Shown here piece by piece: positions 30,162-44,115 of a stretch of DNA of 64,000 nt. The DNA is from the human T2T-CHM13v2.0 reference genome, Homo sapiens, in NCBI RefSeq assembly GCF_009914755.1, contig NC_060927.1; one strand, given 5' to 3'. How positions within the stretch are numbered: position 1 is the first letter of the stretch; every line of letters begins with the position of its first letter. The position numbers and the translations under genes were made by a program. The notes beneath the pieces were generated by a model. That model was not told where the DNA came from, did no database searches, and saw only the letters and a program-made list of their open reading frames with translations.

Positions 30162-30387
30162 AAGTGGTGTTTTTCAAATCTGGCAGCATCTTACAACCTA
30201 CTGGGGATTACAAAAAAAAAAAATTACTGATGCCCAACTCCACCCTCTGGAGACTGGGATTTAATTGTTCTGGAGTAGAGTCTAGACAGTGGTATTTCCA
30301 AAACAACAACAACAACAACAAAAAAAAAACAAAAAAGAGAAATTCCCCAGGTGATTCAGATGCACTGCCAGGTCTGAGAAGCCTTGT
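30162..30387. mobile_element. MER5A-like hAT MITE
   Basis: tttttcaaatctggcagcatc...gatttaattgttctggag...ccccaggtgattcagatgcactgccaggtctgagaa. Confidence 0.75.
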
Positions 30388-31711
30388 TCTAAAGCCTGGG
30401 AGCGGGTGTGGTGTCCTGGGTCTTCGTTGGGCAGCAGGATGGCAGGTGGGGCTGTCCCCTGGGGGAGGTGGGCCTATGTCTAGATATCTTTCCTATCGTG
30501 TGGAATTCTTCCCCTCGAGGGTCTTGGGGGGCCTGGACACTGACTTTCCTAGTATCTCTTGCAACTGGGGACAGATGGGAGACCCACACTGCCCCCACTG
30601 TGGCTGCAGCTGCTGTCAAATGGGAGGTGGGAGAGATGACTAAGCAGGCTCAGGGCCGAACCCACTGCTGGGGAAGGAGAGGCACTGTGACCCTTGGAGG
30701 GAGCTGGGGAGAAGTCCTGGCGGGGAGTCCGGGGCCCACCATTCAAGGAGTGGGCAGCCCTCACGCTGTCTGCACCCAGGTGGGCAGCGAGATTTTGGGC
30801 CCTGTCACTGGGCCTTTCTCCCCGAAGCTTGGTTTCCAGGCACACTGTGATCACAAATTTCTTTTCTCATCCAAACAGCTCAAGTTAATGTTGTTTGTGA
30901 TTAACAACAACAAACATTTAATGGAGGGCTTATGATATACTAGACACTGCTGTAAGCATCTTAACTTCAAAACAATCCTATAAGGCAGGAACTTCTTTAT
31001 AGGCTAGGACACTGAGGCCAGAGGGTTGAAGCCACCTGCTGAAGGTCATACAGGGAGGATGTGGATTTAAATCAAAGCCACTGGGTCCCAGAACCCATGC
31101 TCCAACGTAGGCAGCCTCCCCAAGGCTACCCAGTGAGGATGCAGACCCAGGAAGCTCAGCAAGGCTTCTCTTCCCAATCCAGGCTGCACAGGTGGGACAA
31201 GTGAGCCTCATGCCTGCTGGCCCTGGCGCCTCAGTGCCCAGGGAGCTGGTGAGATTGTCACTGATGTAAATAACTTCGCTGCCCACTGTGATCATTCTGT
31301 CTAGGCCTTATCAGCCTGACTTCCTCCAACCATTTCTCAGCCAGGCCCTGGGCCCCAAATTCCTGGTGGGTGATGCGTGCTCTGTCTGCGATAACAGTCT
31401 TGGAAGGGCTCTGAAGGGACAGCCGCTTTGGCCGCATCTCCGGCTCAGATAACAGGACGGGAGAAGTGTCTCCACTTTATCTTGTGGAAGGCGGGCCAGG
31501 CCTTGGGCTCCCTGGGCTGCAGAGTGAGCTGCATCTGGCTCAGTGCCTCTCCTCCCAGGCCTGGGGAAGGGAGCCTCATTAGCAGCTGCCCAGGGTCTCT
31601 ATCACCCCAGGCCACTGCCCCTCCTTCCCCCACAGGAGGAAGGATTCAATCTGTCATTTACTCATCAGATATTTACTGAGCACTCCCTTGGGTCAAGTCC
31701 CATCCAAAGTA

Positions 31712-32079
31712 CAGATAATCCCTGACTTACGATGGTTCGATTTAGGATTTTTTGAATTTAGGATGTTGAGAAAGTGGTACACACCCAGGAGAAACCCTAC
31801 TTGGAATCCCCAGGCGATCATTCTGTTTTTCACTTTCTGTGCAGTATTCAATGAGTTACATGAGATATTCAATGCTTCATTATAAAATAGGCTTTGTATT
31901 AGATGATTTTGCCCACCCGTAGGCTAGTAATGGAAGTGTTCTGAGCACATTTAAGGTAGGCTTGGCTGAGCTATGATGTTCTGTAGGTTAGGTGGATGAA
32001 ATGCATTTTCAACTTACTATATTTTCGATTTACGATGGGTTTATGGGGACATGATCCCATTATAATCGAGGAGCATCTG
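31712..32079 (-). mobile_element. MER47A-like Tigger DNA transposon, full length
   Basis: TA|cagataatccctgacttacgatgg...tcgaggagcatctg|TA; inverted termini, TA TSD, 368 bp. Confidence 0.85.
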
Positions 32080-33289
32080 TACTTTCGGTTTGGCTCATTT
32101 CGGTTCATTTGATCTTTCCAATAACATTATAAGATAGGCTTTGATGTCGTTATGTTCATTTTACAGTTGAGGAAATAAAGCCCAGAGAGGTGAAGTAACT
32201 TGCCCAAGGTCACACAGCTGGTGTGTGGTGACTTTCTTAATGACCAGGTGATCCTACCTATAGTCATTTATAAATGAATAAGAGAAATCAGCCAGTGACA
32301 AGTACTGTAATAACAGTGCGGCCGAGTCCCAGGGTGGAGAGTGGTAGTTGCTACCTCTGCTGGGGTCTCAGGGAGGGCTTCTCTGGGGGTGGTGGGATTT
32401 CAGCTGCATCTTAATGCAGGGATGAGTCAGCCACGGTGGATCTGGGGAAGAGCATCCCAGGCAGAGGGAACAGCAATGGCAAAGGCCCTGAGGGAACAGC
32501 AAGCACAGAGCTCCAATGGGGAAACGGGCCCAGAGGGAAGGCACCTGCCTGGGGTTAGACACAAGTTGGGGCAGGCCAGGCACAGGCTGCCAGCTCAGGC
32601 TTTGGCCCCTCCATCCGCTCCTGGCTTCTCTGTGGGTGGCCCCATCTAAGCCAATGGGCCCTTCCTGGCTCCACCTCCTCTCTGCTGTGCGGCCCTGGGC
32701 AGGCAGCTGCCCTGCCCTGTGCCTTTGCTCTTGGCTGCCTCACCCCTGTCCTGGGCTGCAGGGAGACCCCTGGGGGTGGGGGCAGGCACACTTTGGGCCC
32801 ATGGCTGCTGCTCAGATGTGAGGTGGTGACCACCAGGCCATACGTCTCTGGACAGGGATGGGAGAGACTCAGAGAGACACAGAGACCAAGAGATAAAGTC
32901 AGAGGGAGATGCAGAGACCAAGAGGGACAAACCAAGGGAGACAGAGAGATGACATTAGATCAGAGATGGAGACCCCGAAAGAGACCCAGAAAGGGATCGG
33001 TGTGGGCTGGGGGAAGAGACACCCCGGGGGTCACACAGTGGTCACAGGCATCAGAGCTGGGCTGAGGAAAAGGACAAACTGAACCTGTTCCAAAGCTGGG
33101 GGCTCAGTACCGTCTGCCCAGGCACATGCAGCAGCAGTGGGGCTGCAGGCAGGCCCCAAGGGTAGGAAGCAAGGCGGGTGGGAGGCAGGGCCTGGCCTCT
33201 GGGCAGTTTTGTAGCCGGGCCCCTCAGGCCCTCACAATGTGCCCAAGGCTGCTGGGCCCATCTTCCAGGGGTGATCACTGAGGCTCAGG

Positions 33290-34090
33290 CTGGCTGAGGC
33301 GGCCGGACCCCAACCCCTGGCCCTGCCCTGTGGGCAGCAGTGCCAGGTCTGGCACTCAGAGGTTAGGCCGGGCGCAGGGAGGGTGCGGGCTCCGCAGCGA
33401 GCGCGCCGGGCGGCCTCTAGGAGCCGGGTCAGCGAGTCTGGGCTCTGAGCGAGCGGCGCCGGCCCGGCCCCCTCTCCGGCGGGCGGCCGAGACCCCGCCC
33501 CGGAGGCGGAGGCGGAGTCAGGGGAGGGGGCCGGGGGCCGGCTGGTCCCGCCTCTCGCGCCTCCGCCCCGCCCCGCGCGCACACAGCCAGGGGCCGCCCG
33601 GGCTCTCGACGCGCCGACGGCCGGGCGGACGGACGGACGGACGCCGAGCGCAGTGCCCCGCGGTGAGTGCACGCGGCCCCTCCCGCCCGGACTCATCCCC
33701 GTCGGTCCGCGCCTCGCAGCTCAGGACTCGGGGGCGCTCGGACGCACCGACGGCTCGGCGGACCCTCGGACGCGCCTCGCGGGCTGCCCGCGCCTCCACC
33801 CGCGCCGCCGGTCCGACCGGGTCTCGCTCTCCCGGTCCCAGCGCGGGGACGGCCCGCGAGCGCCGCGACCCAGTGTACAGATGCGGGCACAGAGGCCGGC
33901 GCGGGGTGGGGGCCAGGGGTCCGCGGGCGGGTTCCCCCACCCCAGGTCCGCAGCTTCCTCCGCTCTGGGTTTCACTTCTCCCCCCTGGGCCGGCTCCCAC
34001 CAGTCATCCCCTCTGGTCCCACTGCCCACCCCCACCCCGACCGCAGGACCTTGCCGCCCCTCCAGTCCAGAGGGCCGGGTCAACCCCCTC
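33290..34090 (+). promoter_or_regulatory. FBLN2: CpG-island promoter of FBLN2 with GC boxes
   Basis: Abrupt GC- and CpG-dense block; Sp/KLF boxes (CCCCGCCC near 33493, CTCCGCCCCGCCCC 33561-33574); no TATA box; contains a strong splice donor. Confidence 0.92.
33580..33662 (+). other. FBLN2: FBLN2 non-coding exon 1 (5' end approximate)
   Basis: GCG|GTGAGT donor with GT at 33663-33664 inside the CpG island; no ATG in the exon; TSS cannot be read exactly from sequence. Confidence 0.8.
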
Positions 34091-34134
34091 GGGGAAAGAA
34101 GACTAGAGTCCCTGGTCTAACACTACCCCCTCCA

Positions 34135-34570
34135 TCACCCCCAAGTCACACTCACCGCCACACACGCACTCACACAAGCAGAAGTTTCTGCACGCTCTGC
34201 ATTGGCGCGCCCACCCTGCCTGTCACCACATCCTCCCTCTCCCAGCCCCATGCTCACCCCGCCAGCTCCCCCAGGCCAGAATCTCTCACACTCATCTCAC
34301 GTCCCCTTAGCACACAATGCTCCACACACACATGCCTTGCACATTGGCACCCCTCCGAGGCATGCCTCTAGCAGACAGTTGTGTCTCTGATAAACACATG
34401 TGCCCTTACTGCCCTCTGACACGCACACACGTCCGCCACACAGGGGTAGCTATCACATGCATATCTCCATCATATGTATCACACATGTGTCTCTCACATG
34501 CGTGTGCTCCTCAAATACCTGGAATCACAAACACTGGGAGTGCCACACACTGTGAGTCTCACATACGAGT
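34135..34570. repeat. CA-rich low-complexity tract
   Basis: Many cacaca/cacatg runs at the start of intron 1. Confidence 0.7.
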
Positions 34571-35274
34571 CACAGACCCCCACGACTTCACAGTCCCAGC
34601 CCCCCTGGCACTCCATGGGCAGTCCTCCCCTGTCCTAGGGGGTGGGGAGCCGATTTTGGAGGAGGGAGGTGGTTCCTCCTGACAGAGGCTGCTTACCATG
34701 GGACCTGGGTGGCTGTGGGGAGCATGGGGGTGGCTCAGCCTCAGGCTGGGCCTGACTCCTCACCTCCGTGCATCCTCTCTCCCTTCCCCTGCTCCAGTCT
34801 CCGAAATAGGGGTGCCCTCCCTCCCTTTTTTGCTGCCACAAGGAGTTGCCCATATCAGCTTTGCAGTGACCACTTGGGCCAGTCCCAAGCAGGCCTGAGC
34901 CAGCAGGCGTCCCCTGACAGGCCAAAAAGAGAAAAAGGGAAGTCAAACAGGATGGTTTGGGTGCTTGTGTCTACCCTGATGCCCCTGAGATGCTGGTCCG
35001 GGCCCTCCCAGAGGGAGCCCTGATGAATTGGGTGGCAGCTGAGAAGTGTTCCCTCAGCCTGGCATGGATTGGGAGCTGGTGTGTGTTTGTGGCTGATAGG
35101 GGCTCTGGGCCTTAACTTCCCCATATGCCAAATGGGGTGAAGACTCCCCAGCAGGAGGAAGAGAGGGAGGGGGAGCTACTCCCCTGGGGTGCACCCTTGA
35201 CTTCCCGCCCTCCCCTTCTGCAGCTGAGCTGTGTGATGGGGGTGAGCAGGGGATGAAGTCAAAGAATCTTATTC

Positions 35275-35450
35275 CGGAGGCACAAACCTGCCAGCCCCGG
35301 CTGTGGCTGGCCCTGCATGTTTTGTTTGGCTCTCACCATGTTATTATTATTTTAAAAAATTAATTAGCTGCCAGCATTTACAAATTGGCAGTTTTCACGT
35401 AAAAGTCCGGATTTCCGTCTTCTCTTGAAAAATCACAAGGTCTGGTAGTT
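35275..35450. mobile_element. MER102/MER103-like hAT-Charlie fragment
   Basis: tgttttgtttggc...ttcacgtaaaagtccggatttccgtcttctcttgaaaaatc; related remnants near 51200-51380 and 56560-56680. Confidence 0.65.
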
Positions 35451-36217
35451 CAGGATCTGCATCTCCTGGCTGGTGCTGCCCACCCCCAACCCAGGGGATG
35501 GGGCAGGGGCGCTGTTTGGTCCCCGTCCCCACCTGGCCCTCTCATGCCTTCTCAGCTCCTGCCTGGCCTGCGTGGCCTTTGTGCGGCTGTGACTGCTGCA
35601 TGCATTGGGCTGATTTTGCTCCATTGCCCGCCTCAAGCATAGGCCCAGGCTGGTCCTCCATGCATGGCTGGGGAAGCCCTGGGCGGGCCTCCTACCCTTC
35701 GAGGCCTTAGTCGTTGAAGCAATGAGTGGTGCCCAGGGCCCTGGGCCACAGGGCATCTTTGTGATGGTGGCAGACACTTCCTGCTAGGCTGTGGGGGACG
35801 GTGGTATGGGGACCCCGTGAAGCAAGAGCTCATGCCAGAGAGCATTCTCCGAGGCAGGCTTTATTCATCACTTTTCTTCCCAGATCCCGCCATCCCTCCT
35901 GCAGGGTGGAACTCTTGCACCTATTTAAGAGACGGGGAAGGGGAGGTAGAGAAAGGGCCTCCCAGCAGGCAAGGGGGAGAGCTGGGGTTCAGCCCAGGAT
36001 CTTTTCCCTCCAAAGCAAAGCTCTTTGCCCCTCTTACTGAGCCACTAGTGGGAGGACTTGGTCTCCTTGGCCGTGGGGGGAGTGCCCTGAGCCCATCCAC
36101 ACCTGACACGCAATAGGTGCTTCGTAAATGCTTGGGGCATGCTGATGGTAAGTGAAACTGGGATCTCTGCAGCAAATTCGGGCCTAAGGTGAAGATTGCA
36201 CAGCCACTTGACCTCCA

Positions 36218-36612
<395 letters not shown>

Positions 36613-39427
36613 TAATTGAGATCCTAAAGGTCCCTTCCCCCACACTGCTGCTGGCAGGGAACAGGCTGGAGGGCAGCTGTGGGGGATCCATGCAGCTTCC
36701 AGGTGAGAGAAGTTGGGGCTTGGATTAGGGCAGTGGCAGCATTGGAGGTGAGAGTGGTCAGATTTGGACCGACTTTGCAGGTGGGGCTGCCAGGATTTCT
36801 TGATGGATTGGAAGTGGAGTGAGTGAAAGGGGAGGCCAGGGTGAGGCCGGCTGTCCTGCCCCGTGGTGGACGTAAACACCATGCATGGCTTCTGGTCCTT
36901 AGCAGCCCTCTGTCATCCAGTTTCCTTCCCCAGGTCCCCGAGTGTGGGTGGTGCAGGTGTCCGTGTGGCTGCAGGCAGCTCTGCCTCCAGGGCGCCTTCT
37001 GAATGCTGGGGCTGCAGAGGTCTACCCTCCCAATAGACCAGACAGAGGCGCTGCTCCTGTATGCTACAGGGGCAGAGGGGACCACAGGGCTGTACCTCCA
37101 GCCAGGCATTATAGGGTGGTGGGAGCAGTGGGTTTGTGGCTTCACCTCGGGAGGGCTGGGAGCTGTGACTGGGTGTTGTGTGGGGGCGGCCAGGGAGGGG
37201 CTCCCTGGAGTTGGCGTTCCTGCTTTAGCAGCTCTATGAAACCCTTTGCCAGGGAGTGTGCCCAGGGCCTTGGATTCTCTTCATCACCCCACAGTGCTGG
37301 CAGTAGCCTCTGGTGTGGGCCAATGCTGTGCCAGGGGCTGGTGTACAGAGGAGCGGAACACAGGGCCCCTTTTAAGGTCATCCCCAGGGGTGCCTGCATG
37401 GGTTGCTCTGAAATGCTTTGTCGGGGCCATCCTGGAGGAGAACGCTGAAGCCATGGGAACTGAGGAGGCATCTAGCTGAGCCTGGGTGGTCAGGGAGGGC
37501 TTCCTGGAGGTGGCGCAGGCACTGTGATATGAAGGTACAGGGGTGAGGGGCACCTGGGGACAGGAGAAAGCCTGGCTTCTTTCAGAGTGGGGGCTTGGAG
37601 GAAGAGTGGGAAGTAAGGCTGGCAAGGCCAACTAGACCCTGAAAACGGAGGCCCTCCAGTCCTGGTCTGCGAGCGAGCAACAGGCAGCCTCAGGGCGTTC
37701 CGAGCAGAGGAGGCGCGGCCAGACTGTGAGGTTGAAGGGTCCCTCTGCAGCCCAGGTGTAGGGGTGGGCCTGGAGAGGACAAGGCGGCAGGTGGGAGACC
37801 TGTGAGAGTGACAGGGCCGGGAAACTGAGGCACAGAGTGGGGCGTGCTTGCCTGCAGTCACATAGCGACTGAGGAGGAAGAGCTGGGACGGGAGCCAGCT
37901 CCGTCCACCTCCAGGTCCTGCCTGGCGAGCTGCCCTCGCGTACGGGGCACCACTGCACGCCCACACCACAAACTCGCCTCATCTGGGCACGTCCTTTCCC
38001 AGGGCCCCTCGTGGGTCAAGCCGTGCGTCATTTTGTGCCATTGTCTTCAGTTATTGGAATTTGGAAACGTTGCAGAAATGCCTCTCTCTCCCCTCATATA
38101 TGGAGATTGTTGCAAAGCAAGTGCTGGTTTGGGGAAAGGTTATTTCCTTCCTCGAGGGTGGGGAGCCTGGCTTTCCTGAGAGGGGCTGTATTGTAGGCGG
38201 CCAGTGCGTCCCGCCCAGGTCTGTGTGCTGGTGAGGAAGTGGTGCCACCCACCTGCGCCGGGCCAGGGATGTGGAGGGGAGCACCCATGTGCTCAGGCAG
38301 ACCCTGCCAGTCCCAGGTCTCACACCTGGTCGGGCTTCTGGTTGCTCATCTGTGAATCGGGGGCGCCCCCCTGGCTATGCTGACATTGTTGCCCAGGAAG
38401 AGCCTTGAAACGGGAGGAGGGCTCTGAAGTGTGATGAGGCCCAGCTGGGCGCGTGGGGAGCACTGTGGGAGTTGAGCATTGCCTGGGCCTGAGCCCCCGG
38501 AGCCTGCATCATGAGGGATTTGTCTCCTATCCTTAGCTTCTCAATCTGGAAAATGGGCCTGGTGGTAGGGGCCCCCAGTAGGGTTGGTGTGAAGGCTGAA
38601 GGATGAATGGAGAGCCCCAGGCCCACTCTGGGGAGGCGGACAGTGCTGCTGGCCGTAGCTGGTTCTTGAGTGTGGCTGAGTGCAGCCACCTGTGTCTCCC
38701 GTGGCTTCTGTCTTCTGGCCACGGAGACACCATCATCTGTGTTGGGGCCAGCCCTTGGGCTTGTGATCGGGGTACCCCAGTGCTTGATAAGCCTCCCAGA
38801 GTTCTTCCCTCCTTAGCCTGGGACCCCCATCCTGGCCCTGAATTCCCAGCCCCAACCTTGGTCCCAAGTTGAGCTTTTAGATGATCCAGAAAGTTCTGTT
38901 CTTCTTAGAGTCTCCTCAAAATGAAAACACATCGTCAAAAAACATTGATGAGCATGCATGCACGTGCCCACACACACGTTCTCTCTTTCTCTCTGTCTCT
39001 TGTCTGTCTCTGAAGATCTCGCTCATCACTGTGTTTTCTTAGACAACTTCCCTAGTCCTTGGAGCAGAGACACTCACTGTCCTCGTGGTGGTTGGTGTTG
39101 GCTGAGCATCTCAATGTCCTCCCTCATCTCTGCTCCCCTGCATGGCTGTGGAAACAAATTAATTTCACCGTTTTGGCCCATGGGCATCCCAGGGGCCCTG
39201 ATGGCTGTTGTCTGATTATGGGGCTGGTAGAGGCAGAGGGCTTCTACGGGGACCTGTGCACTTTCTTGGGGAATAAGCCAGAGGGTGTCAGCTTCCTTTC
39301 TGACAGAGTGAGGATGAGTTTCACCACCGTGTTTTCGGCTGCATCCTCCTACCTCCTGTCCTTGACATCATACTTAATAACTTAATGTTATTTTAAAAAA
39401 TCCCTTCCCTGTTTTGCTTATATTTAC

Positions 39428-39752
<325 letters not shown>

Positions 39753-39880
39753 TGATCACAACTGTAGACAGAAATCAGGATCACTTGTCCTAAACCAGCA
39801 ATACCCATAAAAATAAATATGGCACTAAAAATACAGTGCTTAGCATCTTAGCCACCTTGTATGCCCTGCCACAGCCTTGA

Positions 39881-40225
<345 letters not shown>

Positions 40226-40609
40226 ACCCTGGTTTTTAAAAAGAATGGTTGGCAAGCGTCTGAGAGGTGTGGGAGGCACACCCGTGCTGTCTAGAGACGG
40301 TCTCCAATAGCCAGATTGGTTCAGAGGAATTCGCGGGGACATTTCCTCACAAGATCACCGAGCGTTGGTGCTTGTCCCTGAAATCAGCTGTCCTTGGAAC
40401 AGTCATCTCTATCCCTGCCCAGGAAGTCCCCTGTGGTAGGGGCGTCACATACCTCACATCTCCTGGGGCTGCCTTGGCATGTTTCGTGCTAGGCTGGGGT
40501 TGATGGAGGAGGCCCCAGCCCTCTAGCAGGAATGTCTTCTCTGAGACCAAGTGTCTGGCTCTCAGGGAGTGGCCATGTCCTCTGTGCCCCCAGCTCCGTG
40601 CCCTAAGAC

Positions 40610-41027
40610 TGTCCTGGCGGGTTCCGGCTGCTATAACAAATGTCACAGATGAGTCGGGGAGGAGATTGAAGATGGACATTTATTTCTCAGTTGTGGAGGC
40701 TGGAAGTCTAAGCCCTAGATTTCGTTCCTGGTGAGAGTTTTCTTCCCGGCATGCACGTGGCTGCCTTCTTGCTGTGTCCTCACAAGGTGGGGGGTGGGAA
40801 GCGGCGGACGGAGAGAGAGAGAGAAGGGAAGAGAGGGAGGGAGGGAGGGAGAGCTAGTGAGCTCTGGTCTTTCTTTCTGTAAGGACACTAATCCACACAT
40901 GGGGGCTCCACCCATGTAACCTCATCTAAACCTCCTAATGGGGGGCCCCACCCCCTGATACCATCCCACTGGGGTCAGGGCTTTCACATAGGAATGTGGG
41001 GAGGACACAGATGTTCAGTCTGTAACA
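40610..41027. mobile_element. MLT1A-like MaLR LTR
   Basis: ggctgctataacaaa...catttatttctcagttgtggaggctggaagtc...ggacacagatgttcagtctgtaaca. Confidence 0.8.
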
Positions 41028-41842
41028 GACTGGTTTAATGAACTGCTGAGGATGGAAACACTGTAACACCAGCTGCCAGTCCCTGTGTGACCCCAAGGCA
41101 GGGTGTGGTGGGGAGGCCATGGCTTCCTGTGCATGGGATGGGAGGAGTGACCCCTCTTTGGCCCTAGACGTTGGGGTTCCCAGGGTCTGGTTGGGCATCA
41201 GCACATGACACTGTAGCCCACCTATGACCTGGGCTTGGTCCCCCACAGTGACTTCGGAAGTTGGCCTGCCCATTGCTGGAAGCAGGGGCCCCTTTGCACA
41301 GGCTTGTCTGTGTCTGAGGCTATTCAGGAGACGTAGGGGCCCCACTACATCCTCCTGGAAGGACTAGTGATCTGTCAGCCCTGGGTCAAGTTGCAGCCAC
41401 CAGGACTCCCTCACGCCCCATCTTTCTTTTGTCTCTGCCTTTCTCTGTGAGCCTGGTTGATTCTCTCGAAATGAGGCCCGCCACATGGCAGGAAATGTGC
41501 CCACCTTCAGAACTTGCTGTTTCTTCCTCTGCAGGTGGTCTGTGCTTTCTTTTATTTCCACTTCAAGAGCTCAGGGAGGAGCTGTGACCAGCCCAGCCTG
41601 GGAAGAACATCTGCCCTGGGCCAGTCAGCTGTGGCTGGGGAGGGTCAGGAGGTCATGCGTTGATGTGGCCCCAGGCGCATGTCTGGAGCCATTCCCTGAG
41701 CCTGGGGACTGAGCGAGGCAGCCTGCTGCCCTAGGAGGGGTCTAGTCTACTGCAGGGACACATAACCCCAGCAACTCAGACATTTTGGGGTTAAGTCAGC
41801 CATGAATACAAGAAGGTGGTTCTTCTTTCTTTGTTTTCACAA

Positions 41843-42290
41843 ATGTCAGGATAATTTTGGTTACAGGTGATAGAAAGTACAATTTCAGCAAAAAAGTCAT
41901 GGAACTAAAAAAATACAGGGTGTAGCTTCAGGCATGGCTGTATCCAGGGCCTCTGCAGATGCCATCAGGACCGGGTCTCCATCTCTTGCTCTGCTGTTCT
42001 CTGTGTTCCATACTCCCAGGCAGGCTCTGCCGTGTGGTGGTCAGGTGCCCCAGCAGCTCCAGGCTCACCCTCGAGCTCAGAAGCTCTGGAGCAAGGCAGC
42101 CTCCTCCCAGGAGCATCAGCATGGGCCATGTGACTGGGTCGTGTGACTGCTCTGACCTGTCACTGTGGATGGGGCAGGGACTCCTCTCATTGGCCATCCA
42201 GCAGTCCACGTAGCCTGAAGTGTGAAGGGGGGTTCCCCAGAGGAGAAAGGCTGCAGTGATTAGACCCACTGTGCAGATGAAAGCATTGCT
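41843..42290. mobile_element. MLT1-type MaLR LTR
   Basis: tgtcaggataattttggttacaggtgatagaaa...gcttcaggcatggctgtatccaggg. Confidence 0.65.
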
Positions 42291-43094
42291 GCTCAGAGGG
42301 TCACATGCTCCGAGGTGCCCAGCAGCCTAGTGGCAGGGCTAGGTTCAAATTTGAGCTCTGATCTCTGGGAGTCCAGAGCTTGGTCCTGCTGGCTGTCTCC
42401 CTTGGCTTTGGCAGCAGGGGCTGACTGCCTTGGGGGCCTCCAAGGCTCTTGAGCCCAACGGTTATACCACAGACTGGGCCAGACCCCGCTGTTGGTTGTA
42501 CACTGGCCGCCTCACTGGCAGCCCTGAGAAATTCCTAAATTTCAGGGCCGTGCAAATAAATTGGGCACAGCAAAGGCCTGAGGGAGTCGCAGAGAGACTG
42601 GGCTGCCCGCTCCCCTGGCTGCTGCCTCCTTCCAGATGCTGTGGTGGCCAAGGGAGCCTGGTTCTGCCGTAGGCCGGCCCCGCCTGCCTGTCTCCATCGC
42701 TGTCTGTCTCTGGCTGTCTGCTTGGCTTTCGGTCTGTGCTTCTCTCCATCTCTGTCTTGGTCTCTTTCTGTCTCACTAATGGATCTCTTTCCTTGTCTCT
42801 GTCAGTCTCTGTGTCTCTCTCTGCCTGTCTTTTGCTGGCACCACTCCCCCTACCCCGCCACCCAAGTCTAGGATCTCAGCCCTTTGTGAGACTAAAAGGC
42901 GGACGCAGGAGTGAAAGTGCCTCTGTATGAAAGGTGGACACGTACCTTGGTTGTTTAGGTCACTTAGCCAGTGACTAGCCAGGTGACTTCAGGGAAGCCT
43001 TTTCTGTTTCTGAAGGCCCTTCTGGGATACTCACATTCATAATTCATCCCATCCTCTCTGCCAGCCCTGTGCTCGGGCCATACGGATTAATTAA

Positions 43095-43290
43095 TCTACC
43101 CCTCTCCACTCACCCACCCATCCATATACCCACACAGCCATCCATCCACCCGCCCACCCACCCATCTGTTCACTTACCCACCCATCCACCCACCTACCTA
43201 CTTTTTTAGCCACCCATCCATTCACTCGTCCATCCATCCATCCATCCACCCATCCACCCACCCACCCACCTACCTACCCATTCATCCATC
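43095..43290. repeat. (CCAT/CCAC)n simple repeat
   Basis: catccatccatccatccacccatccaccca. Confidence 0.9.
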
Positions 43291-43650
43291 TACCTACTTA
43301 TCCCACCCTCAGGGCTTGGCTTTAAAGCATGGGGTGGGATTTGGGTGTTCAGGGTTCTAGGAGAGTTTCAGGAGAGAGGGCATCGCAGGTTGAGCTAATG
43401 ATGAGAGAAAGATAAGGGGTTGGGAACTAGAGAGAGTTTTCCAGTTTAGCAGGAGTTGGGTTTGTGGAGGACAACAGAGGAGGATGGGTTAGGAAAGCTA
43501 GGTGGGGTTAGTTGGTGAAGGGCTTTGAATGTCTCCGTTAGGAGTTTTTTCTTTATCCTTGGGCCACAGGACTTCAGCCAGGGGTCTGTGAGTGGACTGC
43601 AGGGAGTCTATGAAACTCCCTCACATAGCAGTTTTAGGTATGTGCCCATA

Positions 43651-44115
43651 TGTCTGTTAAGGCTCTTGGTTGCAAGGGACAGAAAACCTGGTCCAAGTTA
43701 GGTTAATCAAAAGGGGGGGTTCATGTCATTGTGAAGTTCAGTTTTTCAGTTAGCTTCAGGCATGGCTGGATCCAGGTGCCAGGCAGCTATCACTATGACC
43801 CTGTTTCTCTTTCTTGGATTTCTTGGCTTTTGTGTATTTTATGAGCAGGTGCCAGCCTCTGATGGTCTCCACTTGATGACAAGATGGCTTCAGGTACCCT
43901 TGATGTTAAATCATCTTAGTCTAATACAGTAGGAAAGAGAGAAGCTGTTTGCCCAGTGTTTTACCTGAGGTGGGTCTTATAGTCTCTAATTGTCCTGGTG
44001 TCCATCTCTGAGTCAGGTGCTGTTGCAAGGGGAATGGGAAGTGCTGACTGGAGCTCCAGCAGGGTGATAGGGCCACAGAACGAAATCTAGGGGCTGTTCT
44101 TGGAAAGAGGCTGAA
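43651..44115. mobile_element. MLT1-type MaLR LTR
   Basis: tgtctgttaaggctcttggttgcaagggacagaaaacc...gcttcaggcatggctggatccagg. Confidence 0.65.

Noticed and set aside
33232-34371. Long overlapping ORFs (258, 234, 160, 155 aa) at the promoter
   Set aside because: Arg/Gly/Pro/Ala-rich products of a stop-poor CpG island, mostly with non-ATG starts and no domain.
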